Below are positions 38,927 to 55,510 of a stretch of 64,000 nt of DNA, one piece after another. The notes beneath the pieces are model-generated. The model was not told the origin of the DNA. It was given only the letters and a program-made list of their open reading frames with translations, and did not search any database. Both the position numbers and the translations under genes were made by a program. Source of the DNA: the human T2T-CHM13v2.0 reference genome, Homo sapiens. Within the stretch, counting starts at the first letter, position 1. Each line of letters opens with the position of its first letter. The stretch lies in assembly GCF_009914755.1 (NCBI RefSeq), contig NC_060926.1. One strand, given 5' to 3'.

Positions 38927-40370
38927 TGATCCACCTGCCTTGGCCTCCCAAAGTGCTGGGATTACAGATGTGAGCCACCGTGCCTGGCCTGCTCTTTTTC
39001 AATATTGTTTTGGCTATTCTGGGTCCTTTGTCTTTATGAAGTTTTTCCTTTTTTTTTTTTTTTTTTTGAGACAGTCTCTGTCACCCAGGCTGGAGTGCAA
39101 TAGCGCAATCTTGGCTCACTCACTACAACCTCCACCTCCAAGAGTCAAGTGATTCTCATGCTTCAGCCTCCTGAGTAGCTGGGAGGAATGTGCGTGACCA
39201 CACCTGGCTAATTTGTTGTTTGTTTGTTTGTTTGTTTAGAGAAGGAGTCTCGCTCTGTCGTCCAGGCTGGAGTACAGTGGTGCGATCTCAGCTCACTGCA
39301 GCCTCCGCCTCCCAGGTTCAAGCAATTCTCCTGCCTCAATTTCCTAAGTAGCTGAGATTACAGGCATGCACCACTATGCTTGGCTAATTTTTGTATTTTT
39401 AGTAGACACAGGGTTTCACCATGTTGATCAGGCTGTTCTCGAACTCCTGACCTCAGGTGATCTGCCTGCCTTGGCCTCCCAAAGTGCTGAGATTACAGAC
39501 GTGAGCCACTGCGCCCAACCTAATTTTTTATTTTTAGTAGAGATAGGACTTTGTCATGTTGGCCAGGCTGGTCTCTAACTCCTGGCCTCAAGTGATCTGC
39601 CTGCCTCAGGTCCCCCAAAGTGCTGAGATTACAGGCGTGTGCCACTGTGCCTGACCTGTTCATCCAAATTTGAATCTCTCATTTACACAGCTACTGTAAT
39701 TGGAATCAAAACTAAGATGCATGTGATACCATGCCAGTTAAAAAGTTTAAATTTGAGGCTGGGCGCAGTCACTTATGCTTGTAATCCTAGCACTTTGGGA
39801 GGCTGAGGCGAGTTGATCACTTGAGCCCAGGAATTCGAGACCAGCCTGGGCAACATGGTGAAACCCTGTCTCTACAAAAAATACAAAAATTAGCCGAGTG
39901 TGGTGGCGGGAGCCTGTAGTACTAGCTACTAGGGAGGCTGAAATAGGAGGATCACCTGATCCTGGGAGGTTGAGGCTGTGGTGAGCCATGATCATGCCAC
40001 TACACTCCAGCTTGAGTGACAGAGTGAGACTCTGTCTCAAAGAAAAAAAAAAGTTTAAATTTGAAATGGGTAGCTTTTGATTCACAAATATTAATACAAA
40101 TGTCTTTGCAAAAGGATTGGATTTATTATTTTGACAAAGATAATAGTTTTATTTATAAGGAATAATCCTTTCATGTTGTAACTTTTGTATGTGTAATTTT
40201 TTAAATTACACATTAAAAATTTTGTATTTTTTTATGTGTAATTAATTTTGTATGTGTAATTTTTTTTAATTTGTCTTCCTAGCCTAGCATATATGTTGAG
40301 ATTGCAAAAGATGAAGAAATTATATTGAGTATCAGGGAAATGTTAATATTATTCTGCTTTATTTATTTAG

Positions 40371-40522
40371 CGGAAGATCCATCCAAAAGCTATGTGAAAT
40401 TACGAGACTTTGTGCTTGTGAAGCTTTGTCAAGATTTGCCCTGTTTTTCCCGGGAAAAATTAATGCAAGGATTCAATGAAGATATGGCGATAGAGGCACA
40501 ACAGAAGTTCAAAATAAATAAG
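40371..40522 (+). CDS. HAT1: HAT1 coding exon 9 (AEDPSKSYVKLRDFVLVKLCQDLPCFSREKLMQGFNEDMAIEAQQKFKINK)
   Basis: tttAG acceptor at 40369-40370 and GTATTT donor at 40523. 152 nt. Visible in ORF 40325..40603. The ED pair falls at residues 276-277, the catalytic acidic residues of human HAT1. Confidence 0.97.
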
Positions 40523-41387
40523 GTATTTTTATTCTGTAGGAGGAAAACAGATTTAAATTACAAACAAATTTTTGAAGTGTATACCTTAACTAAAATATTA
40601 TAAAGACATTAAGAATACATGTGTGGGAACTAGCAATGGTTAACAGTACAGCTTTGAAGCCAAATTGCCTGAGTTCAAATCTAGCTCCAACACTTGCTCT
40701 GTGATTTATGGCAATTTAATTTACCTCGTGCCTCAGTTTCCTCATTAATAAAATGGGAAGATAATAGGTGTTATTGCTATATTAAGCATAACAAGCAGAG
40801 GAAAGATGGATAATAGGATCTTATTTTTACTCTTTAAAGTAGTTGTACCCCTGGAGACATTATTGGTGGGAAGAATGGTTGAAGTAAAACACGTATTTCA
40901 TTTTATATACTTTTATATATTTATTTAAATTTTAAAGTGGTAAATGTCTTAAGATAGGTACAGAAAAAATAAATATGGAAGTTCAGAGAAGAAAGTTTAT
41001 TACATTTATGTAAGCAAGGAAATCAGTGGTTATTTCATAGAAAGGATGGCATTTGATATAAACCTTGAAGAATGAGTAGGATTTGGATTATGAAAGTATG
41101 TGAGATGGGCTGGGAGTGGTGGCTCACGCCTGTAATCCCAGCACTTTGGGAGGCCGAGGCGGACAGATCATGAGGTCAGGACATTGACACCATCCTGGCT
41201 AACATGGTGAAACCCCACCTCTACTAAAAATACAAAAAAGCTGGTCATGGTGGCATGCGCCTGTAGTCCCAGCTACTCGGTAGGCTGAGGCAGGAGAATT
41301 GCTTGAACCTGGGGAGGCGGAGGTTGCAGTGAGCTGAGATGGTGCCACTGCACTCCAGCCTGGGCGACCGAGCGAGACTCCATCTCA

Positions 41388-41668
<281 letters not shown>

Positions 41669-41735
41669 TCATCTTAAAAAAAAAAAAAAGAAAAGAAATT
41701 TGTTTAATAGCTCAGCTTTTAAAAGAACAGGCATA

Positions 41736-41738
<3 letters not shown>

Positions 41739-41798
<60 letters not shown>
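41739..41798. repeat. (AT)n microsatellite followed by poly(T)
   Basis: About 21 AT units, then T17. Confidence 0.95.
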
Positions 41799-43109
41799 AA
41801 TGGTGCTTTCTTAAAAAAAGAATTCAAACTCCCTACCTAGAGCACAAAGAGCCCATGATAATCTGGACCCTGCCTACCTTGCTAGCTTCAGCCTGTTAGT
41901 ACTTTGCCACATGCTCTGGCTACTTTGCCACATGCTCTGGCTTTACTCATCTTCTAGCCATTTCCCAACTCTGCCACATCCTTCTTCCTTCTGTATTCCT
42001 TTACATATTCTGTTCTCTTTACCTGAAATACTCCCTTTTCCTAATTGCCTGGCCAGATAGTACTCATTTTTTCAGGTTCAACTCAGGTTCCCTTCCAGGA
42101 AGTCAGAAAATATTACCTTCCCAACCTATCCATACCCCAACTCCCTGCCCAAATAAATACATAAGTGAAACAACATCAACAGAAAAACTGTGGTTCTCCT
42201 TTGGCTTCAGTGCTACCAAAAACTTCCTGATTCTTCTGATATTTCCTTGATACCATTTGTCTTTTTTTTTCCTTTTCCTTTTTTTTTTTTTTTGAGACAG
42301 GGTCTCTTGCTCTGTCACCTGAGGTGGAGTACAGTGGTGTAATCACGGCTACGGCTCACTGCAGCCTCAACCTCCTGGGCTCAAATGACTCTCCCACCTC
42401 AGCCTCCCAAGTAGCTGGGACTGCAGGGGTACGCCACCACACCTGGCTAATTTTTGTAGAGACAGGGTTCCTACAGGCTGTTCTCAAACTGCTAGGCTCA
42501 AGCGATCTGCCCACCTTGGCCTCCCAAAGTGCTGGAACTACAGGCATGAGCCACCATGTCCAGCCCTGTCTGCTTTTTAACTGTCACGGTACTAGCAGGT
42601 TTCTGACCTTTCTCCTTTTATCACTGTATATGCTTTCCTCAGGTGACCTTAACCAGCCTTATGGTTTTAACTCTTACCTATATACTGACATTGCTTAAAT
42701 CCTTGCCCTTAGACTAGAATTTTCTTCAGATTTTCTATTTTCTGCTGCCTCCCAAATCTCTCCTAGGCTGTGAAAACTCACATTTTCACATCCTTCTCTC
42801 AGTTTTTCCTCTCATATGTTTCTAGAGTCCTTGACCCCTTGGTCTTCTTGTGCTGTTCCAGTTCATGCCCTCATCGTTTTTTATGTGATGTAATAACTCA
42901 GCTTCTTGATTGGTCTCTATGCACTTCTTTTTGCTACCATTTCTTTGTAGCTGAAAGAGTGACTTATTTAAAACTCAAAATTTGTGCATATTGCTTACAT
43001 TCCTATTTAAAATCTGTCATGAAGGCTGGGGCAGTGGCTTACGCCAGTAACTCTAATACTTTGGGAGGTTGAGGCAGGAGGATTGCTTGAAGCTGGGAGT
43101 TGAAGATCA

Positions 43110-43328
<219 letters not shown>

Positions 43329-43466
43329 CTACTTTTATTGCCTTTCCTCTGGTTTCTAGCACAATTCCTTGCTCATGGCAGATATTAAATATATCCTGTG
43401 TTCTTTTGGGAAAGTGTCATTATTTTTACTTTGAAAATGTTCGCATTTTCTTTTGTTTCATTCTAG

Positions 43467-43583
43467 CAACACGCTAGAAGGGTTTATGAAATTCTTCGAC
43501 TACTGGTAACTGACATGAGTGATGCCGAACAATACAGAAGCTACAGACTGGATATTAAAAGAAGACTAATTAGCCCATATAAG
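43467..43583 (+). CDS. HAT1: HAT1 coding exon 10 (QHARRVYEILRLLVTDMSDAEQYRSYRLDIKRRLISPYK)
   Basis: ttctAG acceptor at 43465-43466 and GTAGGA donor at 43584. 117 nt, phase 0-0. Confidence 0.97.
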
Positions 43584-43885
43584 GTAGGACTTTCAAGAAT
43601 CTTAAACACTGTATTCTTTTCACTGTTTAAAACAGAAGAAAAGCTACCAAATATCAGTATATGAGAGAGTCCAAGTCATTTTGTAAAATTAACTTTTACA
43701 AAAGTAGAAATATTCTTCCAGTAATTTATAAAAATTCTCACTCATGGCCGGGCGTGGTGGCCCACACCTGTAATCCCAGCACTCAGGGAGGCCAAGGCGG
43801 GTGGATCACCTCAGGTCAGAAGTTCAAGACCAGCCTGGCCAACGTGGTGAAACCCTGTCTCTACTAAAAATACAAACATTAGCTA

Positions 43886-44353
<468 letters not shown>

Positions 44354-44789
44354 TTATCCCAAGGATAGTCTACCATGGTTAGCTTTTCTTTCATTTGTAT
44401 GCATCTTTAAAAAATCTGAATGCCTAGTCTCTTCCCTAACAAATTATGTTGTTTTTCCCAAGTTTCTTGTCTTCTCAGTTGTTATATATATATATTCTCT
44501 TTTTTCTCTCTTCCCAGATAAAAGCAAAGTTATACATATATATTCTCTTTGCTTTTGCTTTCTTCTTCCTAAAAATAGCCTTTATTGCTATTTATTAATA
44601 TAATCTTTGTACTTTACCATAGCCGAAACCATGTTAGTACTATTATATTTTTAAACATTCTTCTTGCCCTTTTTTCCCACTTCGTCGTCATCTTCCATAT
44701 TTTCCCTCCTAGATCAAATTGGCCTTATCATTTGGACATTGTCAGGATGGATATTGTTTATGCCACCTTATGTGAATGAAAATTTGCTA

Positions 44790-45453
<664 letters not shown>

Positions 45454-47404
45454 TTATTCAACATATAATTATTGAGTACAGTTGCTCAATGATAAAATGT
45501 TGTTGCTGCATTTATATATACTATACCTATAGGGTTATACATCACAATAGCTGGGAACATAAGTGACCAAGTTGATTCTACATTACAATTTGAGAAAGTA
45601 AATTAACTAACTGTATCAGGTACACATAGTTTTGGTTTTCCTTTGTAAATTTAAAGAAAATTTAAGTTTTATTTGCCATGGATTCTGCTTTATAGAGCCA
45701 GTCTTGAATGCTGATGGTTCATTGGCTGACACTACTTGCTGAATCCCAACTTTTCCTTCATAGCATCTTTTTACTTTGCAGTGCAACTGTATTTCCTAAT
45801 TTGTCATTGTAATTCTGTTCACATTCTGAATATAAAATTATTATTTGCCTATGACTAAATCATTTTATCTTGAATTCATACACAGATGTATGAATAGTTC
45901 CTCATAGTGTCATTTCATTGCAGTTTAATAGTTTTTCTATTTTACAGACCATCATCTGCATATAGCAGGTTTGTAATAAATTATAATGGTCTCCTCAAAA
46001 GTTATCCAAAGTAGCATTTTATTATTTGATGTTATCAATTCAGAAACATCAGAAAATGGGTAAAAATGGTATTTTCCAAAGGTTTTGACCTTTAAGTAAT
46101 ATTTGTTAGCTAGAAAATGTCTTAATGATGAAATTTGGGCACAGAGAGCAGTATAGATGGCAACATTTAAGAGTTATTAAGATTTTACTAAAGTAAAATA
46201 ATTTATTGAATTATATATTTTAGATATTAATGTGACTTTTATATAAAATATAACAAATGAAAGATGGAAATTCTGAGTACAAATAGTAGTCACACAGCTA
46301 ATGCCAAATAATGGGAACCTCTGTAGTTCATAAGTGCAAGTATTTTCTACTCTTAAAGAATGATAATTCTTTTTTATATTATTATTAAGTACCTTTACCT
46401 GTCCAGCCAGTTCACCAGTCTAAAAGGCCAGAACTGGGCCGGGTGTGGTGGCTCATGGCTGTAATCCCAGCAGTTTGGGAGGCCAAGGTGGGTGGATCAC
46501 TTGGGCCCAGGAGTTCTAGAACAGTATATCCGAAACATGAAAGCTTCATATTTGCAATAATGCCACCCAACCAGGAATCCTGGAGTTATTCTTCATTCTT
46601 CCTTCCTCATATCACCCAGTATTTTCTCCCCTAAATCTGCCCTGTCCTCTCCATCTCTGCTGCTGCTGACTTGATCTAGGCTTTCATCAACTCTGGCTTG
46701 AACTACTGCAGTAGCTGCCCAGTCCTCCAGTCCCATCCTAAACATCTCTGACACAGTGTCCTGCATAAAAGTTGTTATCAGCTACCTGTTGCAAACTCCT
46801 TAGCATAGCGGTATCCTAAGTCAAACCAGGAGGGTTTAGTATGATAATGTATGTCTGGAACTTAATAAAGACTCAAATGCTATTTAATATATTTTTAAAG
46901 TATAGCAGTTTTCCATTTGTCTTTCTGAAACATTTCTAACAGTTTATGTTAAAATTAGCATGTGGCCCGTAAGTACTTCACTGGGTGGAATTTAAAATGT
47001 AATTAATTAATGACTGAATAGTAAAATGAAGAATAATAGCACTTAATCTCAGTTGTCTTTCTTCAGCTAATGTCTTCTATCTATTAAGCAAATATTTGAG
47101 TGTCTATACTGCCCAGAGTTCTTTAAAGTTTTGGAGGGGGCTGCTAGTCACATGTCTGTATTTACCATCATTGGACACAAATACCAGGTCTTCTTGTTAA
47201 CTCTTTTTAGAGGGTTTGCAATTCATGGTTAACATTATGTTTAAGCTTCCTTAAAAAACAAAACAAAACAAAAAAAAAACATTGTGGGACAAGTTTGGGC
47301 GTATTCATACTATTCTTATTTTTAACATTGGAGACTTAAAATTGTAAGACTATAAGGAAATATATTTACTTTCTTCGTCTAACAAATAATTGTTTGTCAC
47401 TTAG

Positions 47405-47572
47405 AAAAAGCAGAGAGATCTTGCTAAGATGAGAAAATGTCTCAGACCAGAAGAACTGACAAACCAGATGAACCAAATAGAAATAAGCATGCAACATGAA
47501 CAGCTGGAAGAGAGTTTTCAGGAACTAGTGGAAGATTACCGGCGTGTTATTGAACGACTTGCTCAAGAGTAA
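47405..47572 (+). CDS. HAT1: HAT1 terminal coding exon 11 (KKQRDLAKMRKCLRPEELTNQMNQIEISMQHEQLEESFQELVEDYRRVIERLAQE*)
   Basis: cttAG acceptor at 47403-47404 and TAA stop at 47570-47572. The nine exons sum to 1148 nt, which leaves 112 nt for upstream exons outside the window in a 419-aa protein. Confidence 0.97.
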   Translation, partial: KKQRDLAKMRKCLRPEELTNQMNQIEISMQHEQLEESFQELVEDYRRVIERLAQE

Positions 47573-47905
47573 AGATTATACTGCTCTGTACAGGAAGCTT
47601 GCAAATTTTCTGTACAATGTGCTGTGAAAAATCTGATGACTTTAATTTTAAAATCTTGTGACATTTTGCTTATACTAAAAGTTATCTATCTTTAGTTGAA
47701 TATTTTCTTTTGGAGAGATTGTATATTTTAAAATACTGTTTAGAGTTTATGAGCATATATTGCATTTAAAGAAAGATAAAGCTTCTGAAATACTACTGCA
47801 ATTGCTTCCCTTCTTAAACAGTATAATAAATGCTTAGTTGTGATATGTTAATGTGTGATGATATGATTCTTAAATACTTACAATAAACCTCATTCTTAAA
47901 TACTT
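47573..47905 (+). terminator. HAT1: HAT1 3' UTR with two polyadenylation signals
   Basis: AATAAA at 47825-47830 and 47882-47887, with upstream TGTA (CFIm-type) motifs in an AT-rich UTR. The 3' end coordinate is approximate. Confidence 0.8.
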
Positions 47906-48004
47906 ATCATTCCTTCCACACTTTGCTTCTAAGATTTTACATCTGACACCTTTAAAACATTTCTTTAAGGTTATCCTGGTAATTTTATTTTTTCAATATG
48001 ATTT

Positions 48005-48868
48005 TTCTTTCTTTTTTAACTTTTAGATTCAGGGGTACATGTGGAGGTTTGTTACATAGGTAAACTAGTGTCTTGGGGGTTTCTTGTACAGATTATTTCA
48101 ACACCCAGATACTAGGCCTAGTATCCAATAGTTAATTTTTCTGCTATTCTCCCAACCTCCACCTTCAAGTAGGCCCCAGTATCTGTTGTTCCCTTCTTTG
48201 TGTCCATGTGTTCTCATCATTTACTCCCACTTGTTAAGAACATACAGTATTTGGTTTTCTGTGCCTGTGTTAGTTTGCTAAGGACAATGGCTTCCAGCTC
48301 CATCCATGTCCTGGCAAAATACATGATCTTGTTCTTTTTTATGACTGCATAGTATTCTGTGGTGTGTATATACCACATTTTCTTTATCCAGTCTGTCACT
48401 GATGGACATTTAGGTTGATTCCATGTCTTTGCTATTGTGAATAGTGCTGCAGTGAATGTTTGCATGCGTGTGTCTTTATGGTAGAATGATTGATATTCCT
48501 CTGAGTATATACCTAGTATTGGAATTGCTGGGTCAAATGGTAGTTCTGTTTTTAGCTCTTTGAGGAATTGCCACACTGCTTTCCACAGTGGTTGGACTAA
48601 TTTATACTTCCACCAACGGTTTATAAGTGTTCCCTTTTCTCCACTACCTTGCCGGCATCTGTTATTTTTTGACTTTAATAACAGCCATTCTGACTGGTGT
48701 AAGATGGTACCTCATTGTGGTTTTGATTTACATTTCTCTAATGATCAGTGGTATTGGGCTTTTACTCATATGCTTATTGGCTACACGTATGTCTTCTTTG
48801 AAAAGTGTCTGTTCACGTCTCTTTTTAATGGGGTTGTTTGGTTTTTTCCTTGTAGTTTAAGTTCTTAC
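48005..48868 (-). mobile_element. 5'-truncated L1P (L1PA/L1PB-type) 3' end, antisense, just downstream of the HAT1 poly(A) site
   Basis: ORF 48217..48576 encodes the L1 ORF2 C-terminus (WQFLKELKTELPFDPAIPILGIY...TWNQPKCPS..DWIKKMWYIHTTEYY). L1 3' UTR ggggtacatgtggaggtttgttacatagg. Confidence 0.92.
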
Positions 48869-51300
48869 TGATTTTTCATAATAGGAAATGTTCTTAGTAT
48901 AGGTTTTATTTTGTTTTAAATAAAATCCTATTAACTCTATTAACTGTTTGGGAAGGCAGGTACGAGGGAAATCAAACTAGATACAGCCTAAAAGCCAAAA
49001 TTTTGGCATCAAATATTATTTGAAGATAACTTAGAAGTTAGCATAAACATTCTATAAATAAAAATAGAAGATAGAAATCAGTGTATAAAATACAATTTAC
49101 ACACCATTATTAAAATATATCTTGTGTAAAGTGAGACGCCCATCTGTTCGGATTTGCTGTAAGGTTACCAAGGTATTGAAATACAGCAAGAAAAAATAAT
49201 GACAAACTGCTTAATATAGTCTTGTTTTTAATGAAGTAGAGTATAAATAGATTGCTGGAAACAGAATCATTCAAAGTAAAAGTTTGAGATGTTTATAATG
49301 TATGCTAGTAAACAAGGTATTATATAACAAAAACAGGATGTAAGTTGAAATTTACTTTTAAAAATCTGATTTGATGGATGCTTGGGGCAGAATCCCAAGT
49401 TGGACAGGCATTATCTCGTCCTTTGATCAATTTCCATCCGTAAAATCTGTCAGAGAAGTAACTGGTAGCCTCTGGACACAAAATAGCTGTGGCCAGCAGC
49501 ATACCAACAGCACTACTGTTCCCTTAAAATGAGGGAGCTATAAAAGTTTCAAACCATCTCATCTCAGAAGCCTGTATATAGATAAAACTTGTTGACTTCT
49601 GAGAGATTATATCTGTGTACATAATTTGCTACAGATAAAATGAACTAGTTCAGTTAAAATCCTTTCTGAAATGATATGAAAGCAATTTGTCTTTCATCTA
49701 AATTGGCTAATTTTTAATTTTTTTATTGACAGTTCACAGCTGATACTTAAAGATGAGCTCTGAAGAAAGCATCAATACCATCTAAACCAATTATCTTTCA
49801 AGATTTTTTTTTTGTATAAAAACCAGAAAGAAAATGTGATGCTGATTTTCCTATTGTTTGTTTGTTTTGAGACGAAGTCTCTGCTGCCTAGGTTGGAATG
49901 CAGCTCACTGCAACCTCTGCCTCCCGAGTTCAAGTAATTCTCCTGCCTCAGCCTCCCAAGTAGCTGGGATTACAGCCCTGAGCCACCATGCCCAGCTAAT
50001 TTTTGTATTTTTAGTAGAGACAGAGTTTCACCATGTTGGCCAGGCTGGTCTTGAACTTCTGACCTCAAATGATCTGCCCTCGGCCTCCCAAAGTGCTGGG
50101 ATTACAGGCGTTGAGCCACTGTGCCCGGCCTCTTACTTTTTCCCTGTCCTCTATAAATTGCGTTTTCTCTACATATATTTCCTTCTGAGCATCAGGTTTT
50201 TCATCTGTGAAACTGAGGTTGTACTAGAATGATCTCTAGGCTCACTCCCTCCCTGTTCTAGGTTCTGTGTTTGTCGTTTTCATATCCTTTCTCCTTACCC
50301 TTATACTTTTATACTCAGATGTGGGTGTAGATGTGGTATATGTCTAAAATAAAACACTTTTCTAAGTCACACAAGGATATTCATAGTTTATACGTGACAT
50401 AGTTTGTGTGAGAAGGGAGGGAAAAAGGACTGTGTCCCTGATTGTCTCCAAATTGCTGGGGCCCCAGTTTGTTGTACCAGAGCCTTGTCTAGGCTGAAAA
50501 TCTATCAGACCTTCTGATTAACTGCCATCTTTACCTACTAGAGAAGAGCTGGCAGCAAAGCTACTAAGGCCATATTTGATAACAAGATTAGAATCATACA
50601 CCTGAGAGGTCAACTGATTTAATTCCTTAAATTCTTAAGTTCTTTTTCTTAGAATTTAAAAGCCAGTTTAACTATTAAATACTGATTTAATAAAGTACTC
50701 AATACTTCCAAATAAAATTATTTTTGCATTTGTATATCTCTGTGTATATACTTGGAACATAGTAGTATATCTTTGTGCATGTATATATTTGTATCTGTGA
50801 AATCATTTCCTGGGAAATGTAGTTAACTGAGTTAAAGGATAAGAATATGTCTATGGCTCTATTACATAAACATGCCATATTTTGCAGAATCGTTAAAATA
50901 CTACCCGATGTGAATGTATATACCAATTTTAACAGAATTTCAATGACGTGGGATGTTGTTTCCATAGATAAAATATCTTATTTACATTTATTTTACTGGG
51001 AAGGTTGAATTGTGTGTGCGTGTGTAAAATCTTTTCCTTGATATGAATTACCTGTTTTTTTAAAAAATGTATGTTTTGCAGTCTACACTGTCAATTTATA
51101 AATGGACAGTAAATCCAGAGGCCACACTACAAGTAACTGGCAAAGCCAGGAATATACACTAGGCTCCTGACTTCTACTCCATCTCATCTTCCATCAAGTA
51201 GGCCAGCCAAGTAAGCATGCCAGCCCACTAGGCTGTTGTAAGAGGGACTTTTAGAGGAGCAAGTATTAAGAAAAGTATTCTCGGCCATGCACGGTGGCTA

Positions 51301-51831
<531 letters not shown>

Positions 51832-53171
51832 TCACATGCCTGTAGTCCCAGCTACTTAGGAGGCTGAGGCAGGAGGATAGCTTGAGCCCAGGAGTTCAAG
51901 ACTAGCCTAAGCAACGTAGAGAGACCCCCATCTCTAAAAATAAGAAAAAAGTAAAAAAACACAAAAAACCTTAAGAGTCTGTTTGATAGCAATGACTGAA
52001 ATTATCAATGCCTCTTGAAATATGGCCTGAAGTTACTCTTCCTCTCAACATTTAATCTTCAACTTTTCTGTGTTCCCATATGCCTTTACATTTCTATTAT
52101 AAATATTTCATTCTTGTTTTATGAGGTGTGGTGGAATTATACAGTGCATTTAGTTTACTCACTGAGTTGGGCAGAGCTGTGTTTACGTATATGTGATATT
52201 TCAATAGGAAGTAAGCACACGGAAATAAAAAGCAACAGGGCATGCAGTGAAAATTTCCTCACTGCATTCCTCCAGAAACAACCAGTTATCAATATCTTGT
52301 GTATCTTTCAGAGATACATGCAAAAGGGAGCATGTATGTATATATATTTTTTATATACCATATGTATATGTGATGACCTACCACGTTTTCTAACTGCTTT
52401 TTTACTTTTGGGGATTATTTGAGCTATCTTGTTTAATGGCAGCATGGTATTCCATTGTGTGGATATATCATACATTACTCTACCAGTAACATATTTATGT
52501 TGTTTCCAATATTTTCCTTTACAAACAATGCTGCAATGCCTATTGTATATGTGCTATGCATACATATACAAGTATACCAATAGATGAAAGTCCTAGAAGT
52601 CATGGACATTAGTCTAACCTCACTCTTACAGTGACTCTACTACCTTTACAACAGTTAAAATTATCACCATAAACTAAGGTTGTGGGAACTTTATAATGTC
52701 CCAATTTGAATAAACTCTATGCAAACAGGAGCATATTGGACTTATCCAACCATCTCTTTCATGGCTAGAAATTTGAATTACCTTTTTTTTTGTTGTTAGA
52801 GACAGGGTCTCACTCTGTCATCCAGGCTGGAGTGCAGTGGCATGATCTCGGCTCATTGCATCCTCAGCCCCTCCAAGTAGCTGGGACCACAGGCAAGTGC
52901 CACCAGACCTGGCTAATTTTTATATATTTTTGTTGTTGTTGGTAGAGACAGGGTTTCACCATGTTGCCCAGGCTGGTCTCAAACTCCTGAGCTCAAGCGA
53001 TCCACCCACCTCAGCCTCCCAAAATGGGATTACAGGCGTGAGCCACTGTGCCTGGCCTTATCTTAAATGCACAATGATTTGAATGGTTAGGCATATGCAC
53101 CTTTCTGTTTATTCCTTTAGTCTTGCTTAGCTCTTCTCAAACCTTTGCATCCTTAAGAATCACTGTATTTC

Positions 53172-53384
53172 CGGGTGTCTCAGCTTCAGTCCTACTGACA
53201 TTTTGGGCCAGATAATTTTTTCTTGTGTGGGGCCGACCTATATATTGTGGGATGTTTAACAGCATCCCTGGCTTCTACCCACTAAGATGCCAGTAGTGCC
53301 ACCCCCACCACTAGTTGTGACAACCAAATATGTCTCTAGATATGTCCTGTGGGGAGCAAAATCATCCTTCATTGAGAATCATTG
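53172..53384. mobile_element. MER20 (hAT-Charlie) MITE
   Basis: Characteristic MER20 core: actgacattttgggccagataatt...gatgtttaacagcatccctggc..ctacccacta.gatgccagtag...gtgacaaccaaa.atgtctc.aga. Confidence 0.85.
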
Positions 53385-53973
53385 TTCTATGGGATTGAAT
53401 ATCCATCTACTTTAAGCACTATTTTTTTAAAATTATGTAACATATACTTAGTAAAAAAAAAATCAATGCAGTCATGGGCTTTCTAAGTAAAAATTAAAAA
53501 TTTAAAATCTATGAAAGTATTTGATGAGAAATAAACTGCCCTCCCACACCGCCACCCAATTCACTTCTTTACAATTACTTTTACCAGTTTCTCTTTTATC
53601 CCCCAGATTTATCAGTCTACAAATGTCCATTTCTATTACAAACACAAATATTGATATACTACATGCAGTACTCTGAGTATCTTTTCCAGTTAATGCATAT
53701 CTCTACCAGTACATGTTACTTCAGTTCTAAACACCTTAATTCTAAACAACTGTATAATATTCCATAGCTCGATGTCAATGTTTGACCCAATACTGTATTA
53801 AAGGACATTTAGGTTGCTTCCTATCTTCTACTACAAGCAATGCTGCAGCAAATAGCCTTTTGTATACACCATTTTGTATATTTGGGAGTGTGTATGTAGG
53901 ATAAGTAGTGATTGAATCGCTGAGTGAAAAGGTATGGACATTGTACATTTTGGTAGATTTTGCACATATTTGA

Positions 53974-54165
<192 letters not shown>

Positions 54166-54483
54166 TAGTAGAGACGGGGTTTCACCATGTTAGCCAGGAT
54201 GGTCTCGATCTCCTGACTTCGTGATCCACCTGCCTTGGCCTCCCAAAGTGCTGGGATTACAGGCGTGAGCCACAGTGCCTGGCCAACGAAGGAAAATTTG
54301 AATATGGACACAATTGGTAAGGAATTTTGTTAATTTTCATAGTCGTGATAATGGTACTGTTATTATGTAGGACAATGTCTTTATTCCTGAGAGTCACATG
54401 CCTTAGCATTTAGGAGCAAAGAGTCATGACATTTGTAGCTTACATTCAAATGGTCCAGAAAAATATGTTTGTGTATTGGGGCA

Positions 54484-54484
<1 letters not shown>

Positions 54485-54514
<30 letters not shown>
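54485..54514. repeat. (TG)n microsatellite
   Basis: Run of GT dinucleotides. Confidence 0.9.
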
Positions 54515-54613
54515 ATAAAGCAAATGTGACAAAGTTTGTAAAAGTGTTGAATATAGGTGGAATTAAATACAGGTGTTCTCAGTATGGTTCTTTCAGCCTG
54601 TATGACTGATTGA

Positions 54614-54837
<224 letters not shown>

Positions 54838-55510
54838 TAGTCTCGAACTCCTGGGTTCAAGCGATCAGCCTGCCTCGGCCTCCCAAAGTACTGGAATTAC
54901 AGGTGTCAGCCATTCTGCCCGACCTGCTCTATCTTTTTAAGTGTTTAAAATAAAAACTGGGTAAGAAAAGACATATCATATATGAAAGAACAGTATGAAA
55001 AAGGAAAAAATCAGCGAGTAGGAAAGAGCTCTGAGAAATTAAAAATGATTGCTCTAACTCAAGCGGCAGAAAGACTGAGCTATAAAGTTGAGGGAATTTC
55101 CCAGAACATCAAAAAGAGAGACCGAAGATATGAGAAAAAAAGATAAAACAGAGGATCAGTGTGGGAAATTCAATAACCAATAATTTTCGTTTCGGAGAGG
55201 AAGAGCAAACAGAACATAACCAAAGGAAGAGGATAATGCCTCAAAGTTGAAGAAATGAATCTTCAGACTATAAGAGCTCCCTGAAGTTTGAGCAGCGTTA
55301 CTAACATTTACTGAGCACTTTCTATTGTTGGCTAAGCACTTGCATGAGTTATCTCAATTCTCATTAACAACCCTCTGAGGTACTTGGTATCCTCAAGTGA
55401 GGCCTAGGAAGGTTATCTTCACCAAGGTCACACAGCTAGTAAGTGGCAGAGCTGGAAATTTGGCCCATGCAATATGACTCACTTAGATTCTCAACCACTG
55501 TACCGCTACC

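Noticed and set aside
48217-48576. 119-aa ORF
   Set aside because: C-terminal remnant of L1 ORF2 in a truncated L1.
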